A stretch of DNA of 64,000 nt from Candidatus Woesebacteria bacterium UBA1430 (GCA_002329465.1 DCTW01000004.1:2933-66932), one strand, 5' to 3'. Positions 36,640 through 47,967 are shown, counted from the stretch's first letter. Notes: a model not told the origin generated them from the letters alone. Translations and numbers: made by a program.

Positions 36640-37069
36640 TGTTTTTCTCCCCCTTTCCAAATTTTTCTTTATAAACATGCTCACTTCCAGCAAACACCTT
36701 TAATCTGCCCATACGAACGCTCTGAAGCCTATTTTTAGGAAGCATGCGGGATACAGCAAGTTCAATTATTCTCTCAGGCCGCTCTTTTTTTAACTTTGCG
36801 TACGAAACTTCTTTAAATCCTCCCGGATATCCCGAATGTTTGTAATAAATCTTTTGGGATTCTTTCCTTCCTGTAACTTTGATATCCTTTGAATTAATTA
36901 CCACCACCCAATCACCCATATCAATATGGTTCGCATAGACTCTCTTATGCTTACCCATAAGAAGATTCGCCACACGCGTTGCAAGTCTGCCAAGAACTAC
37001 ATCTTTAGCATCTATCAAGTGCCACTTACGAACAACATCTTTACTTTTTGGCTGGTACGTCTTTTTCAT
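36629..37069 (-). CDS. rplM: 50S ribosomal protein L13
   Basis: WHLIDA, LGRLAT, HSGYPGG. Confidence 0.97.
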   Translation of the reverse strand: MKKTYQPKSKDVVRKWHLIDAKDVVLGRLATRVANLLMGKHKRVYANHIDMGDWVVVINSKDIKVTGRKESQKIYYKHSGYPGGFKEVSYAKLKKERPERIIELAVSRMLPKNRLQSVRMGRLKVFAGSEHVYKEKFGKGEKNNAS

Positions 37070-37484
37070 CCTTTCCTTTCTTTATACTCTTTTTAACCCT
37101 CTTTTTTTTCTCACTCTCTAAAGAGCCTACGCTCCTTGACCACTCAAGCATCGCCATTTCGGCATTATCACCGCTTCTGGAAGACAGGTGGGTAAGTTTC
37201 GTAAACCCAGACACTTTGTCTTTCATAAACTTGCTCACCTTATAAAGCTCGTCTGTTGTAAACCTGTCGTTTCCCAATCTTGAATAAACCGACCTCCTGG
37301 AAGAAACCGTCTCTTGCTTTAAAAGGCCAATCATTTTATCCACTTCGGGCTGAACCGCCTTGGCCTTTGCCAAAGTAGTCTTAATTCTTCCGTTTTTTGC
37401 CAAAGAACGGATTAAAGATCTAAAAAGCGCCGTTCTTGATCTTCGTGATCTATTTAGCTTTCTTCCGTAAACCCTCTTACGCAT
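37041..37484 (-). CDS. rplQ: 50S ribosomal protein L17
   Basis: GRKLNR, IKTTLAKAK, GDNAEMA. Confidence 0.93.
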   Translation of the reverse strand: MRKRVYGRKLNRSRRSRTALFRSLIRSLAKNGRIKTTLAKAKAVQPEVDKMIGLLKQETVSSRRSVYSRLGNDRFTTDELYKVSKFMKDKVSGFTKLTHLSSRSGDNAEMAMLEWSRSVGSLESEKKKRVKKSIKKGKDEKDVPAKK

Positions 37485-38391
37485 TAAACTCTACTCCCTT
37501 CTCCTTTAAAGCAGCGTTAATTATCTTTATCGACTTATCACCAAGATTTCTAACCTTCGTCAATTCAGACGGATCTGCCTTTACAAGCTTTTCTACAGTT
37601 TCATAACCAGCTTTACTCAAAGCGTTGGCTACACGAGTAGGAAGGCCTATCTCCTCAACCGAAAGCTTACCTACCATTCCAAGTCCGTCATCTTTTATCT
37701 CGCTCTCTTTTTTCTCTACCTTTTTAGGATTAACAATCTGATTAAAATAAGCAACCAATATCTCGGCAGCCGAACGTAAAGCAAACTCAGGCTCTATTGT
37801 TCCATCAGTCCAAATCTCAACAGTCAACTTATCATAGTTAGTTACCCTACCCACACGGGTTTCTTCAACTTTATAGCTCACGCGCAAAACAGGGGAAAAA
37901 CTGGCATCCAAAGGTATTATTCCAATAGCTTTATCCTCATCTCGTTCATCAGCCGAAAGATATCCGACACCGCTTTTAATCTCCATCTCAACGTCAAGCT
38001 TAGCGCCCTTTGAAAGATTAGCCAAAACAAGATCCGGATTTGCTATCTTCGCATCTCCAGAAATTTTAATATCCGAAGCTTTTACCTCACCCGCATCTCT
38101 TGCGCTTAATGTCGCCTTTAAAGGCTTATCTCCGTCATAAGAAACACTCACCCTTTTAAGATTCAATAAAAAATCCAAAACATCCTCTTTCATTCCCTTA
38201 AGAGTAGAAAACTGATGCTTAACTCCTGAAATCTTTACATTTGTAATTGCAGCTCCTTTTAAGCTGGATAAAAGCACTCTTCTTAAAGAGTTCCCCAATG
38301 TATATCCATAGCCTTCTTTCAAAGGGCTCAAAACAAACTTTGCGTAGTTTTCTTGGCTTTTTTCTTCTTTAATCTCAAACAATGGCTCCAT
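37477..38391 (-). CDS. rpoA: RNA polymerase alpha subunit
   Basis: GYGYTLGNSLRRVLLSS, DASFSPV, CTD with NLGDKS. Confidence 0.97.
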   Translation of the reverse strand: MEPLFEIKEEKSQENYAKFVLSPLKEGYGYTLGNSLRRVLLSSLKGAAITNVKISGVKHQFSTLKGMKEDVLDFLLNLKRVSVSYDGDKPLKATLSARDAGEVKASDIKISGDAKIANPDLVLANLSKGAKLDVEMEIKSGVGYLSADERDEDKAIGIIPLDASFSPVLRVSYKVEETRVGRVTNYDKLTVEIWTDGTIEPEFALRSAAEILVAYFNQIVNPKKVEKKESEIKDDGLGMVGKLSVEEIGLPTRVANALSKAGYETVEKLVKADPSELTKVRNLGDKSIKIINAALKEKGVEFNA

Positions 38392-38415
38392 TATGCGTCA
38401 CCTCCTCGCTCAATT

Positions 38416-39018
38416 TTATCTGGAATAAAACTCAATTATATCTGCCTCATTAAAAGGCTCATTAACATCATCTCTAACAGGTTCACGATCAATCTTGCCC
38501 GCGGCTCCTTTTTTCTTTAACCAACCGGGAATCTTTAAATCCTTCTCCTTCAAAAGCTTGGCAACCGACGGTATTTCAATAGCCTTCGAAGAAAGGGCTA
38601 TTGTATCACCTTTTTTAACCAAATACGACGGGATATTTACTTTCTTGCCGTTTACCAATACGTGTCTGTGGCTTACAAGCTGTCTGGCCTGCGCTCTTGT
38701 ATTTGCAAACCCCAATCTGGCAACAACGTTATCAAGTCTTTTTTCCAATATCGAAAACAATGCATCCGAAGTATTACCCTTTGTTTTCAAAGCTTGAGCC
38801 ATATATCTTTTAAACTGTCTCTCATAAAGGCCGTAAAATCTCTTTACTTTTTGCTTTTCCCTAAGCTGTCTTCCATATTGGGAAGCAGCTCTACGAGTAC
38901 CCTTCGGGCCGTGCACGCCTGGTGTAACATTTACGCGGGTAAGCTTAGAACCTTTTGAAAAAAGATCAAAACCCTCTCTTCTTGATAATCTGTCTTTAGG
39001 ACCCGTGTACCTTCCCAT
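38416..39018 (-). CDS. rpsD: 30S ribosomal protein S4
   Basis: MGRYTGP, QLREKQK, RLDNVV, IIEFYSR. Confidence 0.97.
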   Translation of the reverse strand: MGRYTGPKDRLSRREGFDLFSKGSKLTRVNVTPGVHGPKGTRRAASQYGRQLREKQKVKRFYGLYERQFKRYMAQALKTKGNTSDALFSILEKRLDNVVARLGFANTRAQARQLVSHRHVLVNGKKVNIPSYLVKKGDTIALSSKAIEIPSVAKLLKEKDLKIPGWLKKKGAAGKIDREPVRDDVNEPFNEADIIEFYSR

Positions 39019-39021
39019 GTT

Positions 39022-39402
39022 TTAAACCCTCCTTTTCTTCTTTGGCCTCGGCCCATCATGGGGCATAGGTGTAACATCAGCAATCATATTAATCTTAATT
39101 CCCGCAGCCTTTATTGCCCTTAGGGAAGCCTCTCTTCCCGGACCAGGCCCTTTTATATAAACATCCGCATCACTCATACCGTATTCTTCAACTGCTTTTC
39201 GAACCACCTGCTCAACCGCCAAAGTAGCTGCATAAGGAGTTGCCTTTCTCGTGCCTTTAAAACCACTCTTTCCCGAAGAACCCCAACAAATAGCAGCACC
39301 TTCTTCGTCTGTTATTGTTATCAGAGTATTATTAAAACTTGCGGAAATATAAATTTTTCCGGTTTTAACTACTTTTGTTCCCCCTTTTTTTGATTTAGCC
39401 AT
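39022..39402 (-). CDS. rpsK: 30S ribosomal protein S11
   Basis: ASFNNT, KGPGPGRE, DVTPMPH; start reassigned to MAKSKK. Confidence 0.96.
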   Translation of the reverse strand: MAKSKKGGTKVVKTGKIYISASFNNTLITITDEEGAAICWGSSGKSGFKGTRKATPYAATLAVEQVVRKAVEEYGMSDADVYIKGPGPGREASLRAIKAAGIKINMIADVTPMPHDGPRPKKKRRV

Positions 39403-39403
39403 T

Positions 39404-39811
39404 TTACTTTTCCTCCTTCTTGGTCGGACCCATCTTTGCAAGAGCCTCTTTCTTAAATGCACCCACTGTTCTTCTCTTCCCCCTCTTAGTTCTCGCATTA
39501 GATTTCGTCCTCTGCCCTCTAGCCGGCAAACCCTGTGTGTGTCTTATTCCCCGATAGCTTCCAATAGATTTTAATCTCTGAATATCCTCCCTTACCTTTC
39601 TTAACAAATCTCCCTCAACAGCATATTCTTCAAGCTTACCTGCAATCCTGGTCAAATCTTCGTTTGAAAGATCCTTCACACGAAGACTCGGATCAAGCTT
39701 AAGCGAACTTACAACCTCATCCGATCTGCTCCAGCCTATTCCTTTAATTTTTGTAAGGGCGAAACCCACTCTCCAACTGTCCTGTAAATCTATTCCTGCA
39801 ATTCTAGCCAT
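39404..39811 (-). CDS. rpsM: 30S ribosomal protein S13
   Basis: MARIAGI, GLPARGQRTKSNART. Confidence 0.97.
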   Translation of the reverse strand: MARIAGIDLQDSWRVGFALTKIKGIGWSRSDEVVSSLKLDPSLRVKDLSNEDLTRIAGKLEEYAVEGDLLRKVREDIQRLKSIGSYRGIRHTQGLPARGQRTKSNARTKRGKRRTVGAFKKEALAKMGPTKKEEK

Positions 39812-39813
39812 TT

Positions 39814-39927
39814 TTATCCTTGACGTTGTTTATGCTTGGGGTTTGTACAAATAACATACAAAACACCCTTTCTTTTTACTATTTTGCAATTATTGCATAT
39901 TTTCTTTATAGATGATCTAACTTTCAT
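39814..39927 (-). CDS. rpmJ: 50S ribosomal protein L36 (Zn-ribbon type)
   Basis: Hand-translated [37 protein letters not shown]; below ORF-track length cutoff. Confidence 0.96.
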   Translation of the reverse strand: MKVRSSIKKICNNCKIVKRKGVLYVICTNPKHKQRQG

Positions 39928-40154
39928 GAATCCTCCTTTTTTCCAAGCTTATAAACAATTCTTCCCCTGTTCTCATCATATGGAGTTACCTCAACCTTTA
40001 CCTTATCTCCGGGCATAACTCGCATAAAACCTCTCCTCATCTTTCCTGAAGGCACGGCCAATATCAAACGCCCATCGTCAAGCTTAATTCTAAACATAGT
40101 ATTCGGCAAAAGCTCGGTTACTTCACCAATTAAAATTGTATTTTTTAATACCAT
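39924..40154 (-). CDS. infA: Translation initiation factor IF-1
   Basis: [25 protein letters not shown]. Confidence 0.96.
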   Translation of the reverse strand: MVLKNTILIGEVTELLPNTMFRIKLDDGRLILAVPSGKMRRGFMRVMPGDKVKVEVTPYDENRGRIVYKLGKKEDS

Positions 40155-40160
40155 AATTAT

Positions 40161-40916
40161 TTATTCAGTCAAAACAACATGACCGTTGCCATAAACGGCC
40201 ACGGTCTCTTCAAAAAGCGCTGATATTTTAGCATCTTTTGTGCTTATTGTCCAACCGTCACCCATTGTAACCAGCTCATCTCTGCCCATTGTATACATTA
40301 CCTCAACCGCCAAAGCCATACCCTCCTTAATCTCCACAAACTCATCCGGCGTCCCGGCCAAAATACAAGGTATCCTCGGGTCCTCATGCAAACGCCTACC
40401 TATTCCATGTCCGGTTAACGAACTAAGGGGAGTATAACCGAATGAAGTTATGGTTTTTTCAATTGCATAAGAAATGTCCCCTATCTTGCCACCCAATTTA
40501 ATTGAAGAAATTGCTCCCGAAAGAGCTGTTCTTCCCGCTTCTAAAAACTTCTCTTTCTCCAAATTATCACCTATCAATAAAGACACAGATGTATCTGTAT
40601 GAAACCCCTTATAAAAAATCCCAAGATCAATACTTACAACATCTCCGTCCCTAAAAATAACATCCTTTTTAGGAATCCCATGGACAACTCCCTCATTCAC
40701 ATTAACACATGTCGACCATTTATATCCCGGAACCATCTTAAAAGAAGGCTCACAGCCAAGCTTTTCTATATAATTTGTAGCAGCTTCTTCAATCTCATAA
40801 GCACTTACACCAGAGCGAACAAGGCTCGAAACCTCATGCTTCACCCTCGAAAGCTTTCTGCCACCCTCTCTCATAATATCTAATTCCTTTTTACTTTTTA
40901 TACTCAATTTATTCAT
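40161..40916 (-). CDS. map: Methionine aminopeptidase
   Basis: VVHGIP, DLG...DTS, GHGIG..LHEDP. Confidence 0.95.
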   Translation of the reverse strand: MNKLSIKSKKELDIMREGGRKLSRVKHEVSSLVRSGVSAYEIEEAATNYIEKLGCEPSFKMVPGYKWSTCVNVNEGVVHGIPKKDVIFRDGDVVSIDLGIFYKGFHTDTSVSLLIGDNLEKEKFLEAGRTALSGAISSIKLGGKIGDISYAIEKTITSFGYTPLSSLTGHGIGRRLHEDPRIPCILAGTPDEFVEIKEGMALAVEVMYTMGRDELVTMGDGWTISTKDAKISALFEETVAVYGNGHVVLTE

Positions 40917-41556
40917 TTTTAACCTTTTCTATAGCATTTTTAATATCCAAAAAAATCTCTTCAATCGGACGTTCTCCATCAATTTCGATCAAAATCCCAT
41001 CTTTTTCTATCTCCGAAATAAGTGGTTTGGTTTCTCTTTTAAACAAACTAAGCCTCTTTTTAATAGTCTCCTTTTTATCATCGGCTCTTTGCACCAAACG
41101 CCCCCCGCATTTACATCTACCCGGATTACTCGGAGGATTAGTAATAAGATTATAAACAGTTCCACACTTAACACAGGTTCTTCTGGCAGAAAGCCTTTTA
41201 ACCGTCTCCTCCTCGCTTATATTAATATAAACAACAAGATCAATCCTCTGATTAATCTTGGATAACCACCTCTTCAAAATCGAATATTGGCTTTTGGTTC
41301 TAGGGAACCCGTCAAAAACTTTCCGTTTTTTTAGAGAATTATTTGCCTTCAAATCTTGAGCAATCAAATTAAGCGTATTCTCATCAGGATAAAGCTCACC
41401 CTTTTTGTAAATAAGCTCGTAAACTCCACTATCCCTCTGCGCTAATTCTCGCAAAAGTTTTCCGCTTTCAATATGATAAAATCCCATTCGTTCAGACAAA
41501 AGATCAGCCTGTGTTCCTTTTCCCGAGCCCTGAGGCCCCATTATTATTAAATTCAT
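40909..41556 (-). CDS. adk: Adenylate kinase with Zn-type LID
   Basis: [16 protein letters not shown], Cys pairs in LID. Confidence 0.94.
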   Translation of the reverse strand: MNLIIMGPQGSGKGTQADLLSERMGFYHIESGKLLRELAQRDSGVYELIYKKGELYPDENTLNLIAQDLKANNSLKKRKVFDGFPRTKSQYSILKRWLSKINQRIDLVVYINISEEETVKRLSARRTCVKCGTVYNLITNPPSNPGRCKCGGRLVQRADDKKETIKKRLSLFKRETKPLISEIEKDGILIEIDGERPIEEIFLDIKNAIEKVKNE

Positions 41557-42842
41557 TTTCTTAATATTCCCTCATATTTGCGCATCACAAGCTGAGCTTC
41601 AAGATCTCGAGTCACCTCAAGTACCACAGAAACAACAATAAGTATCCCTGTGCCTCCGATAACAAGATTCGATATTCCTAAAAAAGCTTGCATCAAAGAA
41701 GGTAGAATGGCCACAAGTCCCAAAAACACGGCACCAACCAAAGTAATTCTATTAAGCACGTAGTTCAAATATTTGACAGTATGGCTTCCTGGCCTTATTC
41801 CCGGAATAAACGCGCCATTTTTTTGTAAATTTTCCGAAATTTTTTCTGGGTTAAAAACTACCGAAGTATAAAAATAAGTAAAACCAACAACCAAAAGAAA
41901 ATAAAACGCATTATACAAAAAAGATTGCGGATCAAAAAGCGTAACCAGTCGATTTGCAAAACTTGAAACACCCGGATTTTCTACCGCACCTAAAAATTGC
42001 CCTAACATAGAAGGTATTAAAACTAAAGAAACCGCAAAAATAATCGGTATTACCCCGGCTTGATTAACACGCAAGGGAATATAGGTTGAATTAATACCGC
42101 TAACAACCCGTCTCGACTGCCTGGCATAATTTATAGGAATCTTTCTTGTAGCCTCATTTACAAAAACAATAAGAGCTATTGTAACTACAGAAAGTGCGGC
42201 AAAAATCAATAAACTAAATAAATTCTGGGATTGGTAAGTAGAAAAAGATCTACCCACAGAAACCGGAAGCCTGGCAACTATGCCCGCAAATATCAAAAAA
42301 GATACCCCGTTCCCAACACCGTACTCTGTAATAAGCTCGCCCATCCAAATAGCAAGCATCGTGCCCGCCACCATGGTAACAACGAGCGCAACCAAGGAAA
42401 GAGCAGAAAGCCCCTGAATTACCCCCTGGCTTTTAAGAAGCATGTACATTCCAAATGCCTGAAAAACCGAAAGCGGAATCGTAATAAATCTTGTGTATTG
42501 ATTAATCTTTTCCTGCCCAAACTCACCCTCCTTTGAAAGCTCTTCAAATCGAGGCACCACAAAAGTAAGCAATTGCATAATAATCGACGCATTAATATAA
42601 GGCGTAAGACCCAAAGCCATTATTGAAAAATTAGCAAGCGTTCCTCCAGAAAATACATCTAATAGAGAAAGCAAAGCACTTCCCCCAAAAAGAATCCTCA
42701 GAGAAGTCCTATCTATCCCGGCAGCAGGAATATGAGCTGCAAATCTAAAAAAAACAAGAACCACCGCAGTAATCAATATCTTTTTCCTTACTGCGGGAGA
42801 CTTAATGCTTTTAGAAAAAAAGTCTGTAATTTTTGATATCAT
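41553..42842 (-). CDS. secY: Preprotein translocase SecY
   Basis: [31 protein letters not shown]. Confidence 0.97.
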   Translation of the reverse strand: MISKITDFFSKSIKSPAVRKKILITAVVLVFFRFAAHIPAAGIDRTSLRILFGGSALLSLLDVFSGGTLANFSIMALGLTPYINASIIMQLLTFVVPRFEELSKEGEFGQEKINQYTRFITIPLSVFQAFGMYMLLKSQGVIQGLSALSLVALVVTMVAGTMLAIWMGELITEYGVGNGVSFLIFAGIVARLPVSVGRSFSTYQSQNLFSLLIFAALSVVTIALIVFVNEATRKIPINYARQSRRVVSGINSTYIPLRVNQAGVIPIIFAVSLVLIPSMLGQFLGAVENPGVSSFANRLVTLFDPQSFLYNAFYFLLVVGFTYFYTSVVFNPEKISENLQKNGAFIPGIRPGSHTVKYLNYVLNRITLVGAVFLGLVAILPSLMQAFLGISNLVIGGTGILIVVSVVLEVTRDLEAQLVMRKYEGILRK

Positions 42843-43276
42843 TTAACGCTTCCCCCAGCCTGCTTTATTATTTCAACAGCACGCTTCGAAGCCGGCAATT
42901 CCAAAATAAATTTCTTTTCAAGCTTATCCCCTCCGGCTAATATCTTAACCCCGCCTTTCCCGATCTTCTTCTCATCAACAAGTTTTGCATCAGATAAAGC
43001 TTTTATGCTTAAAGTAGTTCCGCTTTTCAATTTGTTAAGCTCACCGGTCTTAATAACAACAGGTTTATCTTTTGCTTTGAATTTACCTTTCCCCCTGGAA
43101 ATGGGAAGCCTCCTTAATAAAGATTTTTTGACCTTTACCCCCTCAAAAAGAATGCCTATCTTCCCTCTGGATTTCTGTCCCTTGGTTCCACGGCCACTGG
43201 TATGCCCGCCTTTTCCGCTTCCGTAACCCTTCCCCCTTCTTTTTTTGCTTTTATTCACTATTTTTGGCAAATCCAT
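42839..43276 (-). CDS. rplO: 50S ribosomal protein L15
   Basis: [18 protein letters not shown]. Confidence 0.94.
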   Translation of the reverse strand: MDLPKIVNKSKKRRGKGYGSGKGGHTSGRGTKGQKSRGKIGILFEGVKVKKSLLRRLPISRGKGKFKAKDKPVVIKTGELNKLKSGTTLSIKALSDAKLVDEKKIGKGGVKILAGGDKLEKKFILELPASKRAVEIIKQAGGSVK

Positions 43277-43279
43277 TCT

Positions 43280-43732
43280 TCACTTCTCCTCCCTTCTTTT
43301 TGACAATCTGGACAAATCTTTCAATGCCTCAAGTGTCGCATTTACATTAGCGTTCTTGTTTTTTGTTCCCAAAATTTTCCCCGAAGCATTCAAAATTCCT
43401 GCCGACTCCAAAACCACTCTCATCGGCCCACCAGCAATTATTCCGCTTCCGGGAGGAGCCGGGCGAAGAATAATATGTGCCGCACCAAATTTTTTTTCTA
43501 TTTCAAAAGGGATGGTCTTACCCCTAATCGGAACCTCAAACATGTGCTTTCTTGCATAAGAAAAGGCTTTTTGTATTGCCCCTCTCACATCCAAGGCTTT
43601 AGAATGCCCTGCACCTACTTTTCCCTTTTTATCACCAACCACCACCAAAGCGTTAAAACGAATCGTATTCCCGCCTTTTGTTTTCTTTGATATGCGATTA
43701 ATCTCAACTACTTTTTCGTCAAATTCATCCAT
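43280..43732 (-). CDS. rpsE: 30S ribosomal protein S5
   Basis: KTKGG, ALVVVGD, GIIAGG. Confidence 0.95.
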   Translation of the reverse strand: MDEFDEKVVEINRISKKTKGGNTIRFNALVVVGDKKGKVGAGHSKALDVRGAIQKAFSYARKHMFEVPIRGKTIPFEIEKKFGAAHIILRPAPPGSGIIAGGPMRVVLESAGILNASGKILGTKNKNANVNATLEALKDLSRLSKRREEK

Positions 43733-44046
43733 TATAATTTAACCCCTCCTTCCCTCAACGTCTCTGCAATTTTTTTAACATTTCCATGATATTTGTATCC
43801 GCCCCTATCAAAAACAGCCTGCTTTATCTTCTTTTTTAACATAAGCTCAAGCATTTTTTTACCTGTTTTCACAGGATCTTTGCCAAAAACATGCGCTAAG
43901 GTCTTACTCTTTTCATCATTTATTAATTGCAAATAGAAATACTTATTCGATCGAAAAATACTAATTCTGGGTCTATCCGAACTCCCCGATATTCTCGATC
44001 TTACTTTTCTTTTTCTTCTATATCTTTTTTCTAGCTTGCTTTTCAT
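43732..44046 (-). CDS. rplR: 50S ribosomal protein L18
   Basis: RPRISIFRSNK, FDRGGYKYHG. Confidence 0.95.
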   Translation of the reverse strand: MKSKLEKRYRRKRKVRSRISGSSDRPRISIFRSNKYFYLQLINDEKSKTLAHVFGKDPVKTGKKMLELMLKKKIKQAVFDRGGYKYHGNVKKIAETLREGGVKL

Positions 44047-44048
44047 AA

Positions 44049-44600
44049 TTAACCGGCTCCCGCCTTTGCTGCCTGCTTTCCAGGCTTTCTTCGAACAACT
44101 TCATCTATATATCTTATTCCAGTACCCTTATATGGTTCAGGTTTTCTAGCTGCCCTAATTTTAGCAGCAAAACCACCAACCAAGTCTTTGTCAATTCCTT
44201 CAAGATTAATTATCGACTTCTCAATCGTCACCTGAATTCCATCAGGAACCTCAAATTCAACAGGATGAGAGTAGCCCACAGTTAATACCAAAGTCTTTCC
44301 CCTCAATTCAACCCGATACCCGGCTCCCACTACCTCTAAAGACCTTTTCCACCCTTCAGTCACTCCATAAACCATATTCCTTATATGAGCCTTCACAGTG
44401 CCTTGCAGCGCATCAAAAAATTTCCCTTTCTTTCGTTTTTCAACAACTATACTATTGTTATCAATTATATTGACATCAACTCCATTCGGAATAGTTCGTG
44501 CAATACTTCCCCTTGGCCCACTAATCAAAATCTCAGAGCCGCTAATATCAACCTTAACGTTCTCTCCGAATTCAACTGGTAATCTACCAAATCTTCCCAT
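44049..44600 (-). CDS. rplF: 50S ribosomal protein L6
   Basis: GYSHPV, RKPEPYKGTGI; start reassigned to MGRFG. Confidence 0.95.
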   Translation of the reverse strand: MGRFGRLPVEFGENVKVDISGSEILISGPRGSIARTIPNGVDVNIIDNNSIVVEKRKKGKFFDALQGTVKAHIRNMVYGVTEGWKRSLEVVGAGYRVELRGKTLVLTVGYSHPVEFEVPDGIQVTIEKSIINLEGIDKDLVGGFAAKIRAARKPEPYKGTGIRYIDEVVRRKPGKQAAKAGAG

Positions 44601-44610
44601 TTTTTTAAAT

Positions 44611-44988
44611 TTACCAAACTTCCGCAATTACTTCGCCTCCCACCGCGGACTTTAACGCCTCTTTTGACGACATTACTCCTTTCGGCGTACTAATTATCAA
44701 AAAAGACGCCCCCTTTCTCTTGGAAAGCTCATCAAAATTAATATAAGTCCGAAGGCCGGGTCTAGAAACAAGTTTAAGATTAATAAGCACAGGCTCTTTT
44801 TTATGAAAAGCAAGAACTACCCGTAAAATATTATCCTTTTTTTTGACTTCTTCTAAATATCCAAGCTTTTTTAATACATTGGCAACAGATACAATAAAAT
44901 TGGTCGCAACCACCTCAACCTCACGGTTTCCGGACATTGCCGCATTTTTAATTTTTATCAAAAAATCTCCTATTGGATAATTTGTCAT
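44611..44988 (-). CDS. rpsH: 30S ribosomal protein S8
   Basis: SRPGLR, ISTPKGVM, GGEV. Confidence 0.95.
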   Translation of the reverse strand: MTNYPIGDFLIKIKNAAMSGNREVEVVATNFIVSVANVLKKLGYLEEVKKKDNILRVVLAFHKKEPVLINLKLVSRPGLRTYINFDELSKRKGASFLIISTPKGVMSSKEALKSAVGGEVIAEVW

Positions 44989-44989
44989 T

Positions 44990-45175
44990 TTACCAACTCG
45001 CTTTCTTTACCCCGGGAATTTCACCCTTATGAGCCAATTCTCTAAAACAAATCCTGCAAAGACCGAATTTTCTCATATATCCGCGCGAACGTCCACATTT
45101 TCGACATCTATTTGTATATCTTGTCTTATATTTTAATTTTTTTGTCTCTCTTACGACTTTTGATTTCTTTGCCAT
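44990..45175 (-). CDS. rpsN: 30S ribosomal protein S14 (Zn-binding type)
   Basis: [22 protein letters not shown]. Confidence 0.96.
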   Translation of the reverse strand: MAKKSKVVRETKKLKYKTRYTNRCRKCGRSRGYMRKFGLCRICFRELAHKGEIPGVKKASW

Positions 45176-45177
45176 AT

Positions 45178-45732
45178 TTACTCCTTTTCAAAAGGCATAC
45201 CCATCAAAGAAAGCATCCTCTCCGATTTTTTCTTGTCGGAATTCTTAACAACAAGTGTTATTTCTATCCCCTGCATTTTATCTGTTTTCCCAATGCCAAT
45301 CTCGGGAAAAACGGAATACTCTTCAAGCCCTATTGTGTAATTTCCATCCCCATCAAAACTGCTTTTAGATAGTCCCTTAAAATCCCTAAGTCTCGGCAAA
45401 ACTATGGTTATAAGTCTTGCCAAAAAATCATACATCTTCTGTCTTCTTAAAGTAACGCTCAAACCAACAGGATTTCCCTCTCTAATACCAAACCCAGCAA
45501 CCGATATCCGAGCGCGCCTTACAAACGGTTTTTGTCCGCACATTAAAGATATATCTTTCACAAGCCTTTCCATAATCTCCTTATTTTTCAAAAGCTCGCC
45601 TGTTCCCATATTTACAACTATTTTGGAAACATAAGGTGTAGCCATCTTGTTTTTAATTCCAAACTCATCCATCAGCTTCGAACGAACCTCGCTCTCATAA
45701 ACCTCTTTTAAATTTAATCTGTTTTGCTTCAT
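45178..45732 (-). CDS. rplE: 50S ribosomal protein L5
   Basis: [23 protein letters not shown]. Confidence 0.96.
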   Translation of the reverse strand: MKQNRLNLKEVYESEVRSKLMDEFGIKNKMATPYVSKIVVNMGTGELLKNKEIMERLVKDISLMCGQKPFVRRARISVAGFGIREGNPVGLSVTLRRQKMYDFLARLITIVLPRLRDFKGLSKSSFDGDGNYTIGLEEYSVFPEIGIGKTDKMQGIEITLVVKNSDKKKSERMLSLMGMPFEKE

Positions 45733-45736
45733 ATTT

Positions 45737-46057
45737 TTATTTCTTGTCTACAATCACACCGGACTTTTTACTAATTCTCAGTTTTTTTCCACCCTCTACT
45801 TTAAAACCTATCCTTGTTGGCTTACTGCTTTTGGAATCAACAACCATTAACTTTGATAAATCAATAGGTCTTGGTATCTCATAAATACCTCCCTTGCCGT
45901 CTCTTGCCAAAGCTTTCTTAACATGTTTTTTGTAAATATTTACATCACTCACAATAGCAACTCCTTTTTTTGGATAAATTCTTTCAATACTACCCTCACG
46001 CCCTTTATCTTTCCCGCTAATTACTACCACTTTATCTCCAACTTTATACTTCAACAT
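45737..46057 (-). CDS. rplX: 50S ribosomal protein L24
   Basis: GDKVVVISGKDKG KOW motif. Confidence 0.95.
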   Translation of the reverse strand: MLKYKVGDKVVVISGKDKGREGSIERIYPKKGVAIVSDVNIYKKHVKKALARDGKGGIYEIPRPIDLSKLMVVDSKSSKPTRIGFKVEGGKKLRISKKSGVIVDKK

Positions 46058-46058
46058 A

Positions 46059-46424
46059 TTAAACTACCTCCTTGGCTAACGAAACTATTTTTGTATATCC
46101 GGCATCCCTTACTTCCTTTGCAATAGGTCCCAAAACTCGCGTTCCCCGAGGAAGACCTTGCTTGTCAATAATTACAGCAGCATTATCATCAAACCTTATA
46201 TAACTTCCGTCCTCTCTTCTTACTTCTTTCTTTGTCCGAACAATCACAGCGTTCACAAGTTCACGGTTTGAAACAACACCCGCAGGATCCGCCTTTTTTA
46301 CAACACAACGCACAACATCACCAATTGTTGCCTTTTTGCCGATCTTTGTAGAAACTCCAATTACATGAAGCATTTTAGCTCCAGAGTTATCTGCCAAATT
46401 CAAATTACTTCTTAGCTGTACCAT
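46059..46424 (-). CDS. rplN: 50S ribosomal protein L14
   Basis: [16 protein letters not shown]; start reassigned to MVQLRS. Confidence 0.96.
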   Translation of the reverse strand: MVQLRSNLNLADNSGAKMLHVIGVSTKIGKKATIGDVVRCVVKKADPAGVVSNRELVNAVIVRTKKEVRREDGSYIRFDDNAAVIIDKQGLPRGTRVLGPIAKEVRDAGYTKIVSLAKEVV

Positions 46425-46662
46425 CTTCTTTATCCTTTCTAACAACCTCAAGTATTTTCCATTTCTTTGTTTTACTGTAAGGTCTGCTGTCGGAAAAATT
46501 AACAATATCCCCCTCAGATACCCCAATGTCATCATGCACAAAATATTTTTTTATTCTTCTAAACCTTTTTTTGTAAACAGGATGCACAAACACACGATCT
46601 ACACTTACACATGCGGTCTTAGGCATCTTGGTTGATACAACTTTACCTGTAAATATTTTCAT
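46405..46662 (-). CDS. rpsQ: 30S ribosomal protein S17
   Basis: [23 protein letters not shown]. Confidence 0.95.
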   Translation of the reverse strand: MKIFTGKVVSTKMPKTACVSVDRVFVHPVYKKRFRRIKKYFVHDDIGVSEGDIVNFSDSRPYSKTKKWKILEVVRKDKEDGTAKK

Positions 46663-46889
46663 TTTTCTCCTTTCTTTTTCTCACTCTCTTTCTGTCTTTG
46701 CTTTTCTGATATTATAGTCATAATTTGGGCAATATCTAAAGCAAGCACTTTTTTCGATTTCAGATTTTTCTCCTCACCAGATGATATTTTAACACTTCTT
46801 TTCAAAGCATCCTTCTTAAGCTTAAAAACCTTTTCTTTAAGCTCTTTAATCGTGCTTTTTCTAATATCGCTAAGTTCTCTTTTCTTCAT
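46659..46889 (-). CDS. rpmC: 50S ribosomal protein L29
   Basis: Position between rplP and rpsQ; DIAQIMTI motif. Confidence 0.85.
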   Translation of the reverse strand: MKKRELSDIRKSTIKELKEKVFKLKKDALKRSVKISSGEEKNLKSKKVLALDIAQIMTIISEKQRQKESEKKKGEK

Positions 46890-47305
46890 TTAAGTCTATC
46901 CTCTTTTGCAACAATCCTTGTTTTAAAAGGCATCTTGTCTCCCGCTTTGGAAATCGCGCTTTTTACAACTTCTTCATTAGGCCCTGTTACCTCATAAATT
47001 ATCCTCCCGGGCTTAATCACGGCAACATAAGTATCAATATCGCCTTTCCCCTGACCCATTCTTTGTCCTGCTGGACGAGACGTTATGGGCTTATCGGGAA
47101 ATACCCTAATCCACACCCTACCTTTTCTTTTCAAAGTATTTGTTATTGCTCGCCTTCCCGCCTCGATCTGCTTAGACTTAAGCCATCCCCGCCCCATAGC
47201 CTTAAGACCAAATTCACCGAAACTAAGGCTGCTTCCTCTTTGAGAAAGACCCTTTCTTCTTCCTCTAAAATCCTTTCTGTATTTTCTTCTTTTCGGTTGC
47301 AACAT
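46886..47305 (-). CDS. rplP: 50S ribosomal protein L16
   Basis: MLQPKR, WIRVFPDKP, RMGQGKG. Confidence 0.97.
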   Translation of the reverse strand: MLQPKRRKYRKDFRGRRKGLSQRGSSLSFGEFGLKAMGRGWLKSKQIEAGRRAITNTLKRKGRVWIRVFPDKPITSRPAGQRMGQGKGDIDTYVAVIKPGRIIYEVTGPNEEVVKSAISKAGDKMPFKTRIVAKEDRLK

Positions 47306-47310
47306 TTTAT

Positions 47311-47967
47311 TTACTCCTTATCTTCGGATTTATAAATCCAAACCTTTACTCCAACATAACCTCTTTTCAAAAGTGCCGGAACTTGAGCATAATCAACATT
47401 CTTTCTCAAAGTTTGCGTAGGTATAGAACCCTCATAATATTTCTCGGATCGTGCTATTTCGGCCCCTCCTATCCTTCCGGAAAGTACTATCTTTACCCCC
47501 AAAGCTCCGGATTGCATAACCCGCTCTATGCTTTTGGCAACCACCCTCCTGTGAGGAAGCCTTCTTTCAAGCTCGGATGCTATTCTTCCGGCAACCAAAT
47601 GAGCAGACAGCTCCGGATTCTTAATCTCTGTAACCTGCAAATCCACCCTCAAATCTTTTGGATACTCTCCTCTAACATTTTTTATTATTTCAATTATTTT
47701 TTTCTTTAAATCTTCTATGCCCGTTCCACCCCTTCCGATCACTACACCGGGTCTTGAAACAGTAAGAGAAATAGCTATACTTTTTGGCAACCTTTCAATA
47801 TCCACCCTACTTATACCGGCGGTTTTAAGTCTTTCCATCAAAAATCCACGGATTTTAATATCCTCTATCAAAAAATCTTTAAATCGCTTGTCGTCCGAAA
47901 ACCATCTTGATTTCCAATTAACAAATCTTCCTGTCCTAAAACCTACGGGGTTAACTTTTTGTCCCAT
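47311..47967 (-). CDS. rpsC: 30S ribosomal protein S3
   Basis: MGQKVNP, RPGVVIG, GVKVWIY. Confidence 0.97.
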   Translation of the reverse strand: MGQKVNPVGFRTGRFVNWKSRWFSDDKRFKDFLIEDIKIRGFLMERLKTAGISRVDIERLPKSIAISLTVSRPGVVIGRGGTGIEDLKKKIIEIIKNVRGEYPKDLRVDLQVTEIKNPELSAHLVAGRIASELERRLPHRRVVAKSIERVMQSGALGVKIVLSGRIGGAEIARSEKYYEGSIPTQTLRKNVDYAQVPALLKRGYVGVKVWIYKSEDKE